DNA of 64,000 nt. It comes from a phage. Positions 32,393 to 46,014 of the stretch are shown here, piece after piece (position 1 is the stretch's first letter; every line of letters begins with the position of its first letter). The notes under the pieces are model-generated. The model searched no databases and had not been told where the DNA came from. It worked only from the letters and a program-made list of their open reading frames with translations. The stretch is taken from assembly GCA_012411765.1 (NCBI GenBank), contig GCA_012411765.1_3031.1; one strand, written 5' to 3'. Position numbers and translations under genes: made by a program.

Positions 32393-32641
32393 TTACTTCA
32401 ATGTTACCACAAAGTGACGAACTGCTTTTCGTGCAGCAGAAGCCAGAGGCTTAGCATATTTAAGTTCATCTTTTTCCTGAAGCTCAGCAGCTAATGCAGT
32501 TTGAGCAGGATTCAGATGTTTGAAATAACGCAGGATTTCAAGAGCTTCGGCTTCAACATCAATAGATGCGCCATAGTTTTCGTGACCATTATTCCATGCG
32601 TTTCGTTGCAGTTCAAGAGCGTGTTGTAATTGTTTAATCAT
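32393..32641 (-). CDS. rIII: rIII lysis inhibition accessory protein (82 aa)
   Basis: 82 aa, position between 30.x cluster and gene 31. Confidence 0.8.
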   Translation of the reverse strand: MIKQLQHALELQRNAWNNGHENYGASIDVEAEALEILRYFKHLNPAQTALAAELQEKDELKYAKPLASAARKAVRHFVVTLK

Positions 32642-32780
32642 TTAAAAATTCTCGTTAGAGATTAAAACTCGGTAGTCACGTTCTTCTGAATTTCATCTTC
32701 TTTCGACAGATCTCTCAGTTGTAGACTACCACATAGAATTGTTCGGTTAACTTATTATTCCGACACCCAATTCATATTAT

Positions 32781-32788
32781 TATTTATA
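32781..32788 (-). promoter_or_regulatory. Late promoter TATAAATA directly downstream of gene 31, upstream of rIII
   Basis: Complement of TATTTATA. Confidence 0.45.
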
Positions 32789-33124
32789 TCACTTATAAAG
32801 ACATGGAATAGCTTTATAGTGACAAGTAACGAATTTTTGTTTAATTTCTTTTGGCTGCTTAAGACCCAGAGCTACAAAAGGATGCGGAACATTTCGAATT
32901 TGACCAACTGGAAGAGAAGTCAAATCACCAACTTCGCAAAAACCTTCAGGAACATCAGGACCTACAGAGTGAACTACGCACAGTTCAGGAACTTCACCTT
33001 GAACACGTTTACCGATAATAAGTCCTGATTCTGTAACTTCTTCATCACCGGCTTGTGCAGGTTCAGAAACTAAAATAACATATTCACCGACAGCACGAAT
33101 TGGTAGCTGTTGTACTTCAGACAT
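32789..33124 (-). CDS. 31: Co-chaperonin gp31 (GroES analogue, 111 aa)
   Basis: 111 aa, [19 protein letters not shown] matches T4 gp31. Confidence 0.95.
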
Positions 33125-33154
33125 CGTTTTTCCTTTTTGTTAACAGATGAATTA

Positions 33155-33181
33155 ATAATAACAAATAATTCTTAAAGCATT
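33155..33181 (-). promoter_or_regulatory. MotA-dependent middle promoter for gene 31 (AATGCTTTA-N12-TATTAT)
   Basis: Minus-sense MotA box and -10 element about 30 nt upstream of gene 31 ATG. Confidence 0.55.
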
Positions 33182-33489
33182 TATTTACCAATAAATTGGA
33201 GTAAATGCTCAACTTTCATACCATTAACAGAAATCAATTTGTCAATAGAAAAACCTCGCCATGCACCAAGTTCAACATCAAATACTGGAATCATGTCAGT
33301 AGATTCTTTCCGAGTAGATTCAGTCAATTTACCAGTTTGCATGGTTGGCATAAAGTCTGCGTCGCGAGTACCTTTCATGGTACGAATAGTACCATCAGAC
33401 TTTTCAAAAACTACGTTTGAAACACCCATGGACAATTTAGTTTTCAAAATTTCACGAATTGCTACTTTCTGCTCAGTTGTCAGTTTCAT
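33181..33489 (-). CDS. 31.1: Hypothetical protein (102 aa)
   Basis: ATG-start ORF upstream of gene 31. Confidence 0.6.
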   Translation of the reverse strand: MKLTTEQKVAIREILKTKLSMGVSNVVFEKSDGTIRTMKGTRDADFMPTMQTGKLTESTRKESTDMIPVFDVELGAWRGFSIDKLISVNGMKVEHLLQFIGK

Positions 33490-33726
33490 TTATTTACCTA
33501 TTACAGTTTTAATATGAGTTGTTCCACGTTCTTTAAGGGTGGAAAGTAATTTTTGGCATTTTTCTAAATCAGATTTCCAACTATATGGTCTATCAATACT
33601 AGTCCAATCAGTTTTATAATACTGTTTCCATTTCGAGAAAAAATATTTCTTATACTCTACAGCAAATGAGATGTTCTCGTTAGAATAAGAACTAATTGCT
33701 GTGAGCTTTACCAAACGAAATTTCAT
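33490..33726 (-). CDS. 31.2: Hypothetical protein (78 aa)
   Basis: ATG-start ORF. Confidence 0.55.
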   Translation of the reverse strand: MKFRLVKLTAISSYSNENISFAVEYKKYFFSKWKQYYKTDWTSIDRPYSWKSDLEKCQKLLSTLKERGTTHIKTVIGK

Positions 33727-34307
33727 TATTCACCACAGAATTCGTTGATATTTTCCCAGTTTAACTTATTCAAGTTTTTCTTAGGAACATTGAACACTTC
33801 AATACCTGCATTTCGCAGAATATCATCCCAGCCAGGTTTATTTTTATCGTATGTTTCGCAATAAACCAGCTTTTTAATGCCAGATTGAGCTATCGCTTTT
33901 GCACAATCTGGGCAAGGAGAAAGTGTTACATACATAGTAGCACCTTCAATAGAAGAACCATTTCGTGCAGCAAACAAAATTGCATTTAGTTCAGCATGAA
34001 TTTCATTTTTAGATGACCATTCCGAGTGAGCATTACGATGTTCTTTCGCCAAGACAAAACGATCAGTTGAACCAAATGATACGCATTCAGGCTTATGACC
34101 TTGAATGATAGTATGTTTAGGCTTATTTAACAACCAACCTTGCTCAGCAGCATAATCACAACAGTTCACACCCCCTGCGGGTGAACCATTATATCCGGTA
34201 GAAATAATACGTCCATTCTTTTCAATTACTGCTCCTACCTTCCAGGAGCAACATTTTGATTCTTGTGATACTAAATATGCAATTTGAAGTACTGTACTCG
34301 CTTTCAT
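33726..34307 (-). CDS. cd: dCMP deaminase (193 aa)
   Basis: Zinc-binding HAE...PCxxC motifs (HAELNAILFAARNG, SPCPDCAKAI). Confidence 0.95.
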   Translation of the reverse strand: MKASTVLQIAYLVSQESKCCSWKVGAVIEKNGRIISTGYNGSPAGGVNCCDYAAEQGWLLNKPKHTIIQGHKPECVSFGSTDRFVLAKEHRNAHSEWSSKNEIHAELNAILFAARNGSSIEGATMYVTLSPCPDCAKAIAQSGIKKLVYCETYDKNKPGWDDILRNAGIEVFNVPKKNLNKLNWENINEFCGE

Positions 34308-34642
34308 TTCATAATCACCAGATAAGCAGATTTAGCAGTTTCAACACGATAAATTTCGTGACGAAGTTTAGTTATACTTTTAATAACAGAACTAATTATA
34401 TTCTGCCCATCTTTAAAGCGGTTTTTCTTATCAATAAAAATTGCGCCAGTCATCTTTTTGTGAAGCTCAACTGGATACTTCGTCACAATAATAGCATCAT
34501 ACACAGAAGGATGAATACTATTCACCAGAGTATCATTCATTAAAGTTATTCTAATGAACTGTGCTGTTTCAGAATCAAGCGCTCTATGATCGCCAGTATC
34601 ATTTTCAAGACAATTATCAATTATATCAGTTAAATTCATCAT
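34304..34642 (-). CDS. cd.1: Hypothetical protein
   Basis: ATG-start ORF. Confidence 0.55.
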   Translation of the reverse strand: MMNLTDIIDNCLENDTGDHRALDSETAQFIRITLMNDTLVNSIHPSVYDAIIVTKYPVELHKKMTGAIFIDKKNRFKDGQNIISSVIKSITKLRHEIYRVETAKSAYLVIMK

Positions 34643-34875
34643 AGTACGCCATACACCCTTTGTGCTTCAACTAATCCATCAAAATCCAATTTGAGATGTG
34701 TTATTTGGTCACCATCACCTGGATTCACAATTACTAATACTGAACGAGGAGTTTCGGTAATAACACGAACCGATGTTTCAGGAAATCGTTCAGAAACCTT
34801 ATTTACCAATTCCTGCGCAAATAGTTTAACTTTTTCTTGGAATTCTTTAACAGTAATTGGTTTTTCACTTAGCAT
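34639..34875 (-). CDS. cd.2: Hypothetical protein
   Basis: ATG-start ORF; early promoter upstream. Confidence 0.55.
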   Translation of the reverse strand: MLSEKPITVKEFQEKVKLFAQELVNKVSERFPETSVRVITETPRSVLVIVNPGDGDQITHLKLDFDGLVEAQRVYGVL

Positions 34876-34937
34876 TTTGTTTTCCTCATTTGTTTTGGTA
34901 GAGCTATAATATCACAACTCTACCATAAAGTAAACTG

Positions 34938-35213
34938 TTAAATTGCCTTGAATTCTGATGTCTGTGATTCAAAACGAATATCGCCTTTGATGACTAGCTC
35001 AGCATCAAGACCAAATACGACAATGATATGCGCGGAACCCGGATACAGCGTAATTGCAATAGAATCCACCTGGTCTGGAAGCAAAGTGTTCAATACATGA
35101 GTCACTTGAGCATGAATTCGAAGCTCGGCTGCGTTATCAAGCTTTTCAAACATATTATTAGCGATAATTTGACTAAACACTACTTCTACGATTTTAGAAT
35201 AAGTCGGAAACAT
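34938..35213 (-). CDS. cd.3: Hypothetical protein (track start 35219 is GTG; ATG at 35213)
   Basis: ORF in T4 cd.3 position. Confidence 0.5.
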   Translation of the reverse strand: MFPTYSKIVEVVFSQIIANNMFEKLDNAAELRIHAQVTHVLNTLLPDQVDSIAITLYPGSAHIIVVFGLDAELVIKGDIRFESQTSEFKAI

Positions 35214-35215
35214 AT

Positions 35216-35408
35216 TCACCTCACATAATTTTCTTCAAGCCAATTAATAACATCCAACGCATTATCAAAAGTTGAACCATCTACTATGTCTTCTGTTTCA
35301 TAATCAAGAATATCTAAGTCTACTCTTCCATCAACAATAGGCCATAAACAAAATAGATATTTCTTTTCTTTTTCAATTTTATCACAAAGTCGATAAATCT
35401 TTTCTATG

Positions 35409-35416
<8 letters not shown>
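35216..35416 (-). CDS. cd.4: Hypothetical protein
   Basis: ATG-start ORF. Confidence 0.5.
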
Positions 35417-36831
<1,415 letters not shown>

Positions 36832-36834
36832 TTA

Positions 36835-37059
36835 TTATTTCTCAACCAATGATTGAATATAATCATGCAGGTCTTTAGATGCTTTACCCCACTTATTTTG
36901 ATATTCATTTTTGAGATTAGCACGTGATTGAGCTAATAAAACATCATTAGTTGGAGGTAAAGATTCTAACCGCTGAATTTGGCGTCCATAAATCATTGCA
37001 GCCATCTCGGATTCATAAATCAATCCTTTGAGATGTTCAAATTGATGCCATGAAATCAT
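36835..37059 (-). CDS. Hypothetical protein (74 aa)
   Basis: ATG-start ORF. Confidence 0.5.
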   Translation of the reverse strand: MISWHQFEHLKGLIYESEMAAMIYGRQIQRLESLPPTNDVLLAQSRANLKNEYQNKWGKASKDLHDYIQSLVEK

Positions 37060-37355
37060 TTACATTTATCCTCTTTTAACTCTTGACGATAATAACATAT
37101 CATAGTTTTCTGGTCATGTACATATCGTTTTACATCATTAAGCCAAATACGAAATTCCTGAGAATCTTCAAATGGCATACCGACCCAAGCTTTACCATCG
37201 ATAACTTTAACTTGCCAAGATAGTTTAGCTTCGTCATATGACTTTATTTGTACAGGCCAATTAGGATGAACTGTTTCTTTCTTTACTTCTAGAGGCTTTG
37301 TAGAACAACCAACTAGAAGACCAATAGATAATATTACTGCTGATAGTTTAATCAT
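37056..37355 (-). CDS. pseT.2: Outer-membrane spanin (o-spanin) lipoprotein
   Basis: Signal peptide plus lipobox LVGC (MIKLSAVILSIGLLVGCSTK); adjacent to i-spanin. Confidence 0.7.
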   Translation of the reverse strand: MIKLSAVILSIGLLVGCSTKPLEVKKETVHPNWPVQIKSYDEAKLSWQVKVIDGKAWVGMPFEDSQEFRIWLNDVKRYVHDQKTMICYYRQELKEDKCK

Positions 37356-37705
37356 TTAGAAAGGTCCTGGATGTCTTCTGCGAACTTGTTGAAGGAGTTG
37401 TTGATTTGTTTTTCAACCAATCCTGGCTTATGAGCCACCACATCCGCCTTCTTTGCATCTTTGCGCAGTTTTTCATTTTCACGCTCAATAGCAGCAATTG
37501 CCTCACGATTTTTATTATTCATCGCATCAATATAATTATACTGAATTCGCAAATTATTTAATGCTAAGGCGTTTTCATTGGCCGTTTTTGTAATTTCAGT
37601 AACCGATGTTTCTAATCTTTCTACCTTATTTTTTAAAATAATAGATGTTCCGCCAAATACTATTACAAGTAATAGCAAACCTGCTGTCGTATTACTTAAT
37701 TGCAT
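37352..37705 (-). CDS. pseT.3: Inner-membrane spanin (i-spanin), N-terminal TM helix plus coiled coil
   Basis: TM segment AGLLLLVIVFGGTSIIL followed by charged helical region. Confidence 0.7.
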   Translation of the reverse strand: MQLSNTTAGLLLLVIVFGGTSIILKNKVERLETSVTEITKTANENALALNNLRIQYNYIDAMNNKNREAIAAIERENEKLRKDAKKADVVAHKPGLVEKQINNSFNKFAEDIQDLSK

Positions 37706-38199
37706 AAAGTTTTAATAACCTCTATAATATCGTCTTGAGAAAGACCGTTAATTAAAATATGATGTTCCGCCGGAGATTTAGAAATTTTAAAGCATGCCGC
37801 AACATCTTCTGCCATATCTGATGCGCTACGATTTGGATTACTAATTCCAAGACGATGTTTTCCCGTTAAAGGATTAACGATGATATAGCATTTACAGCTA
37901 TTGATATGAACATTAGGTTGAGTCTGATTAATGAACACTTCACAATCATACTTAGCGAGTTGATTTTCTAAAAAGACTTTCATCTCTTCAACCGCATCAG
38001 GAAGCATATCACGGGCTTGCTCAAGACGACGATTTCGATATTCTTTAATGGTCGTTTTCCTCTTGACATGCTTAGCTAAATCTTTCTTAAGATCGGTGAT
38101 ATATCCAACTCGACGATTTCCTTTGAATACAGAAATCCCATCTGTAGTATCACCGTATGCTTCAACGACCATTTCAGTAGTAATAAGCTGCAAATCCAT
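37696..38199 (-). CDS. alc: Alc, inhibitor of host transcription on cytosine DNA (167 aa)
   Basis: 167 aa from second Met; position between pseT cluster and rnlA. Confidence 0.8.
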   Translation of the reverse strand: MDLQLITTEMVVEAYGDTTDGISVFKGNRRVGYITDLKKDLAKHVKRKTTIKEYRNRRLEQARDMLPDAVEEMKVFLENQLAKYDCEVFINQTQPNVHINSCKCYIIVNPLTGKHRLGISNPNRSASDMAEDVAACFKISKSPAEHHILINGLSQDDIIEVIKTLCN

Positions 38200-38230
38200 C
38201 ATAAAGTCCTCATGTTATGTCAGTAAGTCT

Positions 38231-38260
38231 ACTATAACACAACACGAGGAACTTGTAAAC
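38231..38260 (-). promoter_or_regulatory. Early promoter for alc (GTTTACA-N17-TATAGT), second copy of the 54-bp repeat
   Basis: Near-identical to 22885-22938. Confidence 0.6.
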
Positions 38261-38263
38261 AGC

Positions 38264-39851
<1,588 letters not shown>

Positions 39852-39858
39852 AATAAAA

Positions 39859-39874
39859 TGGGCCTTGCGGCCCA
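39859..39874 (-). terminator. Hairpin downstream of nrdB
   Basis: TGGGCC-TTGC-GGCCCA stem-loop. Confidence 0.45.
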
Positions 39875-39878
39875 CTCC

Positions 39879-41057
39879 TTAAAAGTATTTTTTAAAACTC
39901 ATCATAACTTTATCATCAACATCATTATCAATCTGTGCAACAAGGTAAGATGACAGTTCTACTTCTTGTGGCGCGGATTGAACATTATCAGAATTAAGAT
40001 ATTCACGAATCCAAGGATATGGATGTTTAACCGGAGCATCGGTAATTGGGCATGGAAGACCACACTGTTTCATACGAGATACAGTTAAGTAATCAATAAA
40101 GCTCCACATGCTATTTGTATTTAATCCAGGAACATCGCCATCTTTAAATAAATGAACCGCCCAATCTTTTTCTTGGCGGTTAACTTCCATGAAAATATCA
40201 ACTGCTTCTTGTTCACACTCTTGGGCAATTTTAACCCATTCATCGCCATCAGTACCGGATTGAAGCTGACGAATAATATATTGAGTGCCTTTAAGGTGAA
40301 GCTGCTCATCACGCGCAATGAACTTCATAATCTTGGCATTACCTTCCATGATTTCCATATTCTTATGGAAGTTAAAGGTACATGCGAAAGATACATAAAA
40401 CCGAATAGCTTCTAAAGCATTAATAACGTGCAAACAGAGGTAAAGAGATTTCATTAAAGCACGTTTAGCTTCGGCTTCTTGTTTAATAGCTCGGTTTAAA
40501 CGAAAGTCGGCATCAGGAGATTCTTTAGCTAGTTCTACAAATTCTTTAGCATTTTCCCATTCACGAGTTTTAATCAGAACATCATCATAATAACGTCCAA
40601 TTGATTCAGCACGTTTCATAATAGCTTCATCTAATACAATCTCATCAAATACCTTTGACGGATCAGTATAAAGATTTCGCATGATATGAGTATATGAACG
40701 ACTATGAATAGTTTCACTAAAAGTCCATGTAGCAACCCATGTATCAAGACTTGGGTCTGAAATTAATGACATAAGTACAGCAGACGGTGCACGACCCTGA
40801 ATGCTATCCAAAAGTGATTGATACTTCAGGTTATTAGTAAAAATATTTTGCTGATACTGAGGAAGCTTATTAAACTGTGCAGCATCCATCATTAAGTTTA
40901 CTTCTTCAGGACGCCAGAAAAATGATAATTGCTTTTCGGTCAAATCTTCAAAAACTTTATGGCGTTGAATATCATAACGCGCAATACCAAGACCTGAACC
41001 AAAAAACATGGGTTCTTTTAAAACATCAACTGGATTTGTATTAAAAACTGTGCTCAT
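39879..41057 (-). CDS. nrdB: Ribonucleotide reductase small subunit, uninterrupted (no intron)
   Basis: 392-aa continuous ORF with R2 features; no internal non-coding insert. Confidence 0.93.
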   Translation of the reverse strand: MSTVFNTNPVDVLKEPMFFGSGLGIARYDIQRHKVFEDLTEKQLSFFWRPEEVNLMMDAAQFNKLPQYQQNIFTNNLKYQSLLDSIQGRAPSAVLMSLISDPSLDTWVATWTFSETIHSRSYTHIMRNLYTDPSKVFDEIVLDEAIMKRAESIGRYYDDVLIKTREWENAKEFVELAKESPDADFRLNRAIKQEAEAKRALMKSLYLCLHVINALEAIRFYVSFACTFNFHKNMEIMEGNAKIMKFIARDEQLHLKGTQYIIRQLQSGTDGDEWVKIAQECEQEAVDIFMEVNRQEKDWAVHLFKDGDVPGLNTNSMWSFIDYLTVSRMKQCGLPCPITDAPVKHPYPWIREYLNSDNVQSAPQEVELSSYLVAQIDNDVDDKVMMSFKKYF

Positions 41058-41108
41058 AAATTTTCCACTTAGTTAATAGTTGGTGACTCGTCCATGAGTC
41101 AAATTATA

Positions 41109-43373
41109 TCATAATTTACAGGATGAACAATCTTCAGCTTTTGGAGTTTCTATTTCATAATCATCAGTACCAGAACCATCGCGGGTATTATGATAATAGA
41201 AATTTTTTCCGCCAAAATACCAAAAATACAAAAGGTCATCAATCATTATTGACATTGGAACCTTTCCTTTTGGAAAAATCTGCGGGTCATAGTATGTATT
41301 CGCCGAAGCTGATTGACAAACCCATTTCAGCATAATAGCTACCTGCGTAAGATAAGGTTTATTACCTTTCTTAGCTAATTTCCATGTATAATCATAGAGG
41401 TCTATGTTATGCTCAATATTGGGCACGACTTGATTAAAGGAGCCCTCTTTTGATTCTTTAACAGAGACTGGTCCACGTGGAGGCTCGATACCGTTTGTAC
41501 TGTTAGAAACTTGGGAAGATGACTCACATGGCATAAGTGCTGATAATGTGCTATTACGGATGCCAAAGAGCTTAAGGTCTTCCCGCAGCGACGACCAGTC
41601 ACAAACGTATTTTGGAGCTGCGATTTGGTCAATCTTTTTATTGTACCAGTCGATAGGTAATTCGCCTCGAGACCAACGAGTGTCTGAATAATATTCGCAA
41701 GGTCCTTTTTCTTTGGCGAGCTTAATGGATGCTTTAATGAGTCCATACTGTAATCTCTCAAATAGTTCATGTGTTAAATCGTTAGCATCTTCATAAGAAG
41801 CAAAGTTACTTGCCAGCCAAGCTGCATAGTTGGTAACACCTACACCGAGGTTACGACGCTTTTTAGCTTTTTCTGCTTCAGGAACTGGATATCCTTGGTA
41901 ATCCAAAAGATTATCAAGAGCACGAACTTGAACTTCTGCCAATTCATTAATTTTATCTTGGTCTTGCCAGTCAAAATTATCTAGTACGAATGCAGAGAGA
42001 GTACACAATCCAATTTCAGCATCAGGGCTATTCACATCATTTGTTGGAATAGCAATTTCACAGCACAAGTTACTCTGACGAATAGGTGCTTTTTCACGAA
42101 TAAACGGAGTGTAGTTATTCGTATTATCAATGAACTGCACATAAATCCTTGCTGTTCCTGAACGTTCAGTCATGAGCAATTCAAATAGTTCACGGGCTTT
42201 AATACGCTTTTTGCGAATATTAGGGTCTTTTTCTGCTGCTTCGTATAATTCACGGAAACGGTCTTGGTCTTTAAAATAAGAATAATAAAGCTCTCCACCC
42301 ATTTCATGCGGACTGAACAAAGTAATGTAATCGTTCTTTCCAAAACGTTCCATCATTAGGTCATTCAGTTGAACACCATAATCCATATGACGAATGCGGT
42401 TTTCTTCTACGCCTTTGTTATTTTTCAAAACGAGAAGATTTTCAACTTCCAAATGCCAAATAGGATAATAAGCAGTAGCAGCGCCGCCACGAATTCCACC
42501 CTGTGAACATGATTTAACTGCAGTCTGAAAATGTTTCCAAAAAGGAATAACACCGGTATGGCGTACTTCACCCATGCCAATCTTAGAACCTTCGGCACGA
42601 ATCATACCAACGTTAATACCAATTCCAGCGCGTTTAGAGATATATTCAACAATTGAAGCAGAAGCCTTATTGATAGACTTTAATGAATCACCTGCCTCAA
42701 TAACAACACATGAACTAAACTGTCGAGTCGGAGTACGGCAACCAGCCATAATAGGAGTTGGTAATGAAATCTGTCGAGTAGATACTGCTTCATAAAAACG
42801 AATAACGTGTTTTAGTCTATCAACAGGTTCATCTTGATGCAATGCCATTCCAATAGCCATAAATGCAAACTGCGGAGTTTCATAAATTTGACCAGTGGTT
42901 TTATCTTTAACTAGATATTTTTCTTTTAATTGCATCGCCCCGGAATAAGTAAATTCCATATCCCGTTCGTGCTTAATTTTTGATTCTAAAAATGTAATTT
43001 CTTCTGCTGAATATTTTGACAATAATTCAGGGTCGTATTTACCTGCATTTACACAGTAAGAAATATGGTCAATAAATGAACGTGGTTCATACTGTCCATA
43101 AACATGCTTACGAAGAGCGAACATTAAACAGCGTGCAGCTACATATTGATAATCAGGTTCTTCAACCGAAATAGAATTCGCAGCGGCCTTAATGACAATA
43201 GTCTGAATATCATCAGTTGTCATTCCATCACGGAGATAAGATTTAATATTTTCATATAATTCATAAGGATCTACTGATGTTCCCTCAGCTGCCCAAGATA
43301 AAACTTTAATAATTTTTTGTGGGTCAAAGCTCTGAGAAACACCACTACTTTTGATAACATTAATTAATTGCAT
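41109..43373 (-). CDS. nrdA: Ribonucleotide reductase large subunit (754 aa)
   Basis: 754 aa, ATP-cone N-terminus, catalytic Cys region. Confidence 0.95.
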   Translation of the reverse strand: MQLINVIKSSGVSQSFDPQKIIKVLSWAAEGTSVDPYELYENIKSYLRDGMTTDDIQTIVIKAAANSISVEEPDYQYVAARCLMFALRKHVYGQYEPRSFIDHISYCVNAGKYDPELLSKYSAEEITFLESKIKHERDMEFTYSGAMQLKEKYLVKDKTTGQIYETPQFAFMAIGMALHQDEPVDRLKHVIRFYEAVSTRQISLPTPIMAGCRTPTRQFSSCVVIEAGDSLKSINKASASIVEYISKRAGIGINVGMIRAEGSKIGMGEVRHTGVIPFWKHFQTAVKSCSQGGIRGGAATAYYPIWHLEVENLLVLKNNKGVEENRIRHMDYGVQLNDLMMERFGKNDYITLFSPHEMGGELYYSYFKDQDRFRELYEAAEKDPNIRKKRIKARELFELLMTERSGTARIYVQFIDNTNNYTPFIREKAPIRQSNLCCEIAIPTNDVNSPDAEIGLCTLSAFVLDNFDWQDQDKINELAEVQVRALDNLLDYQGYPVPEAEKAKKRRNLGVGVTNYAAWLASNFASYEDANDLTHELFERLQYGLIKASIKLAKEKGPCEYYSDTRWSRGELPIDWYNKKIDQIAAPKYVCDWSSLREDLKLFGIRNSTLSALMPCESSSQVSNSTNGIEPPRGPVSVKESKEGSFNQVVPNIEHNIDLYDYTWKLAKKGNKPYLTQVAIMLKWVCQSASANTYYDPQIFPKGKVPMSIMIDDLLYFWYFGGKNFYYHNTRDGSGTDDYEIETPKAEDCSSCKL

Positions 43374-43690
43374 AAGTCCTCAACTTGAAAATCGTCTTTA
43401 AACAATCGGTTAACTATATGAGCTATTATATCACCATGACACGGCTTTGGTTTACATGTGCATCCTAGCCTCATTCCACGCAAAGGCTCTAAATGTGCTT
43501 TAGTTATTTCTCCGGATTTAATTCGACGTATAAAATCTTTTTTGAATAATTCAATGGCAGCCTCCCGGCTGCCAGCATCTTTACCGACGTAATTTCCCCA
43601 AAATGTACCGCGGTGAATATTAACATCAAAGTCGGATTTATATTTATTCACTACCCGGCATAGACGGCCCACGCTGGAATAATTCGTCAT
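43364..43690 (-). CDS. nrdA.1: Hypothetical protein with Cys/His cluster ([11 protein letters not shown])
   Basis: ATG-start ORF between nrdA and td. Confidence 0.6.
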
Positions 43691-43907
43691 ATTGTTTTTC
43701 CGTTAAAACAGTAATATCGTAGTAACAGTCAGAAGAAGTTTTAACTGTGGAAATTTTATTATCAAAATACTCACGAGTCATTTTATGAGTATAGTATTTT
43801 TTACCATAAATGGTAATAGGCTGTTCTGGTCCTGGAACTTCTAACTCGCTTGGGTTAGGAAGTGTAAAAAGAACAACGCCAGAAGTATCTTTAAATCGTA
43901 AAATCAT
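43644..43907 (-). CDS. nrdA.2: Hypothetical protein
   Basis: ATG-start ORF, overlapping junctions. Confidence 0.55.
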
Positions 43908-44764
43908 ATTGCCATTTTCCCTTTAATTGCTGGATGCGATTCATAATTTTCAAGGATAAAATCTTTCGGTTTCATGTATTCAGTTAACCAGTAAAGCTGT
44001 GTTTCGGTGTCACAATTTCCAAACTCTATAGGCCAATCAATTTTAAGTTCACATAGTTCTTTAGGCTCACGACGTAAAATTTCTTTACATTGCTCAGTAT
44101 GATTCATATAGATGTGAGTATTACCACCAGAAAATATCAAATCTCCTGGGATAAGATTACACATCTTAGCCACAATATGTGTCAAGGCAGCGTACGAGGC
44201 AATGTTGAATGGCAATCCCAAGAAAACATCTACACTTCTTTGGTACCATTGTAAATCAAGATAACCATTACGCACATTAAACTGATAGAACATATGACAG
44301 GGCGGTAATGCCATTTGATTGATTTCAGCTGGATTCCATGCTGAAACGATTTGACGTCGATCAGTTGGTAATTTTTTAATACGATCAATAGTTTCAACTA
44401 ATTGATCCACACCACCGAAATCACGCCATTGTTTACCGTATATAGGACCAAGTTCACCACTATGATATCCTAGGTCTTTAGCCTGGTTTTCATAGTTATC
44501 GTCCCAAATAGTTTTACCTTGAATAAGACTACCATGAGTGCGAAGACGTAAATCATTAACATTGGTAGAACCGGAAATAAACCATAGAAGCTCAGCAATA
44601 CATGCATTCCACGCAAGCTTCTTAGTTGTTACCGCAGGAAAACCTTTAGTTAAATCCCAGCGTAATTTAGTACCGAACAAAGCAATTGTTCCTGTGCCTG
44701 TTCGGTCATCGGTTTCATAACCATTTTCAAAAATGTCTTTAATTAAATCTTGGTATTGTTTCAT
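43904..44764 (-). CDS. td: Thymidylate synthase (286 aa), uninterrupted (no group I intron)
   Basis: Continuous 286-aa ORF; catalytic PPCH motif ([11 protein letters not shown]). Confidence 0.96.
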
Positions 44765-44808
44765 TTAGTACCTTATATAAATTATAATACATTTTATGAA
44801 GCTAATAA

Positions 44809-45168
44809 TCAATACGGTTTAGCAACAAATTTTCTCTCAATTTCAGGCGTGAAATATAATTCTTTACCGCGTTTGGAAAAGCGACCAATAATATGATAAT
44901 TATTCTCATCAAACGTGATATTACCAATATCCATAGCTTTCAACCAAATATCGATATTTCTATCCAGCTTTATGTCAAAATTCCAATACGGAGAACTATT
45001 ACCGAAAATACTGCAAGCGGATTCAGTGAAACAACTGCTATAAATCTTGTCTTTAGGAACTACTAATTGATAGACACCTTTAATAAACTGAGGACCCTGC
45101 CACTTTGGCTGTTTCGCGTCTTTTTCTAATAGAATAGGGTAATAATTAAAATTCATATTTTCCGCCAC
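44809..45168 (-). CDS. Hypothetical protein (115-119 aa) in an insertion between frd and td; GTG at 45168 or ATG at 45156
   Basis: ORF fills a ~410 bp gap between frd stop and td start; no recognisable motif. Confidence 0.55.
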   Translation of the reverse strand: MAENMNFNYYPILLEKDAKQPKWQGPQFIKGVYQLVVPKDKIYSSCFTESACSIFGNSSPYWNFDIKLDRNIDIWLKAMDIGNITFDENNYHIIGRFSKRGKELYFTPEIERKFVAKPY

Positions 45169-45176
45169 GCGTTATT

Positions 45177-46003
<827 letters not shown>

Positions 46004-46014
46004 ATCATCTCCAA

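Noticed and set aside
42574-42795. Short plus-strand ORFs inside nrdA, and similar antisense ORFs in gp34, gp37 and alt
   Set aside because: All are embedded antisense in long, confidently assigned genes.
43904-44764. Looked for a group I intron or intron-encoded endonuclease in td and nrdB
   Set aside because: Both genes are single continuous ORFs of full length; no intervening sequence.
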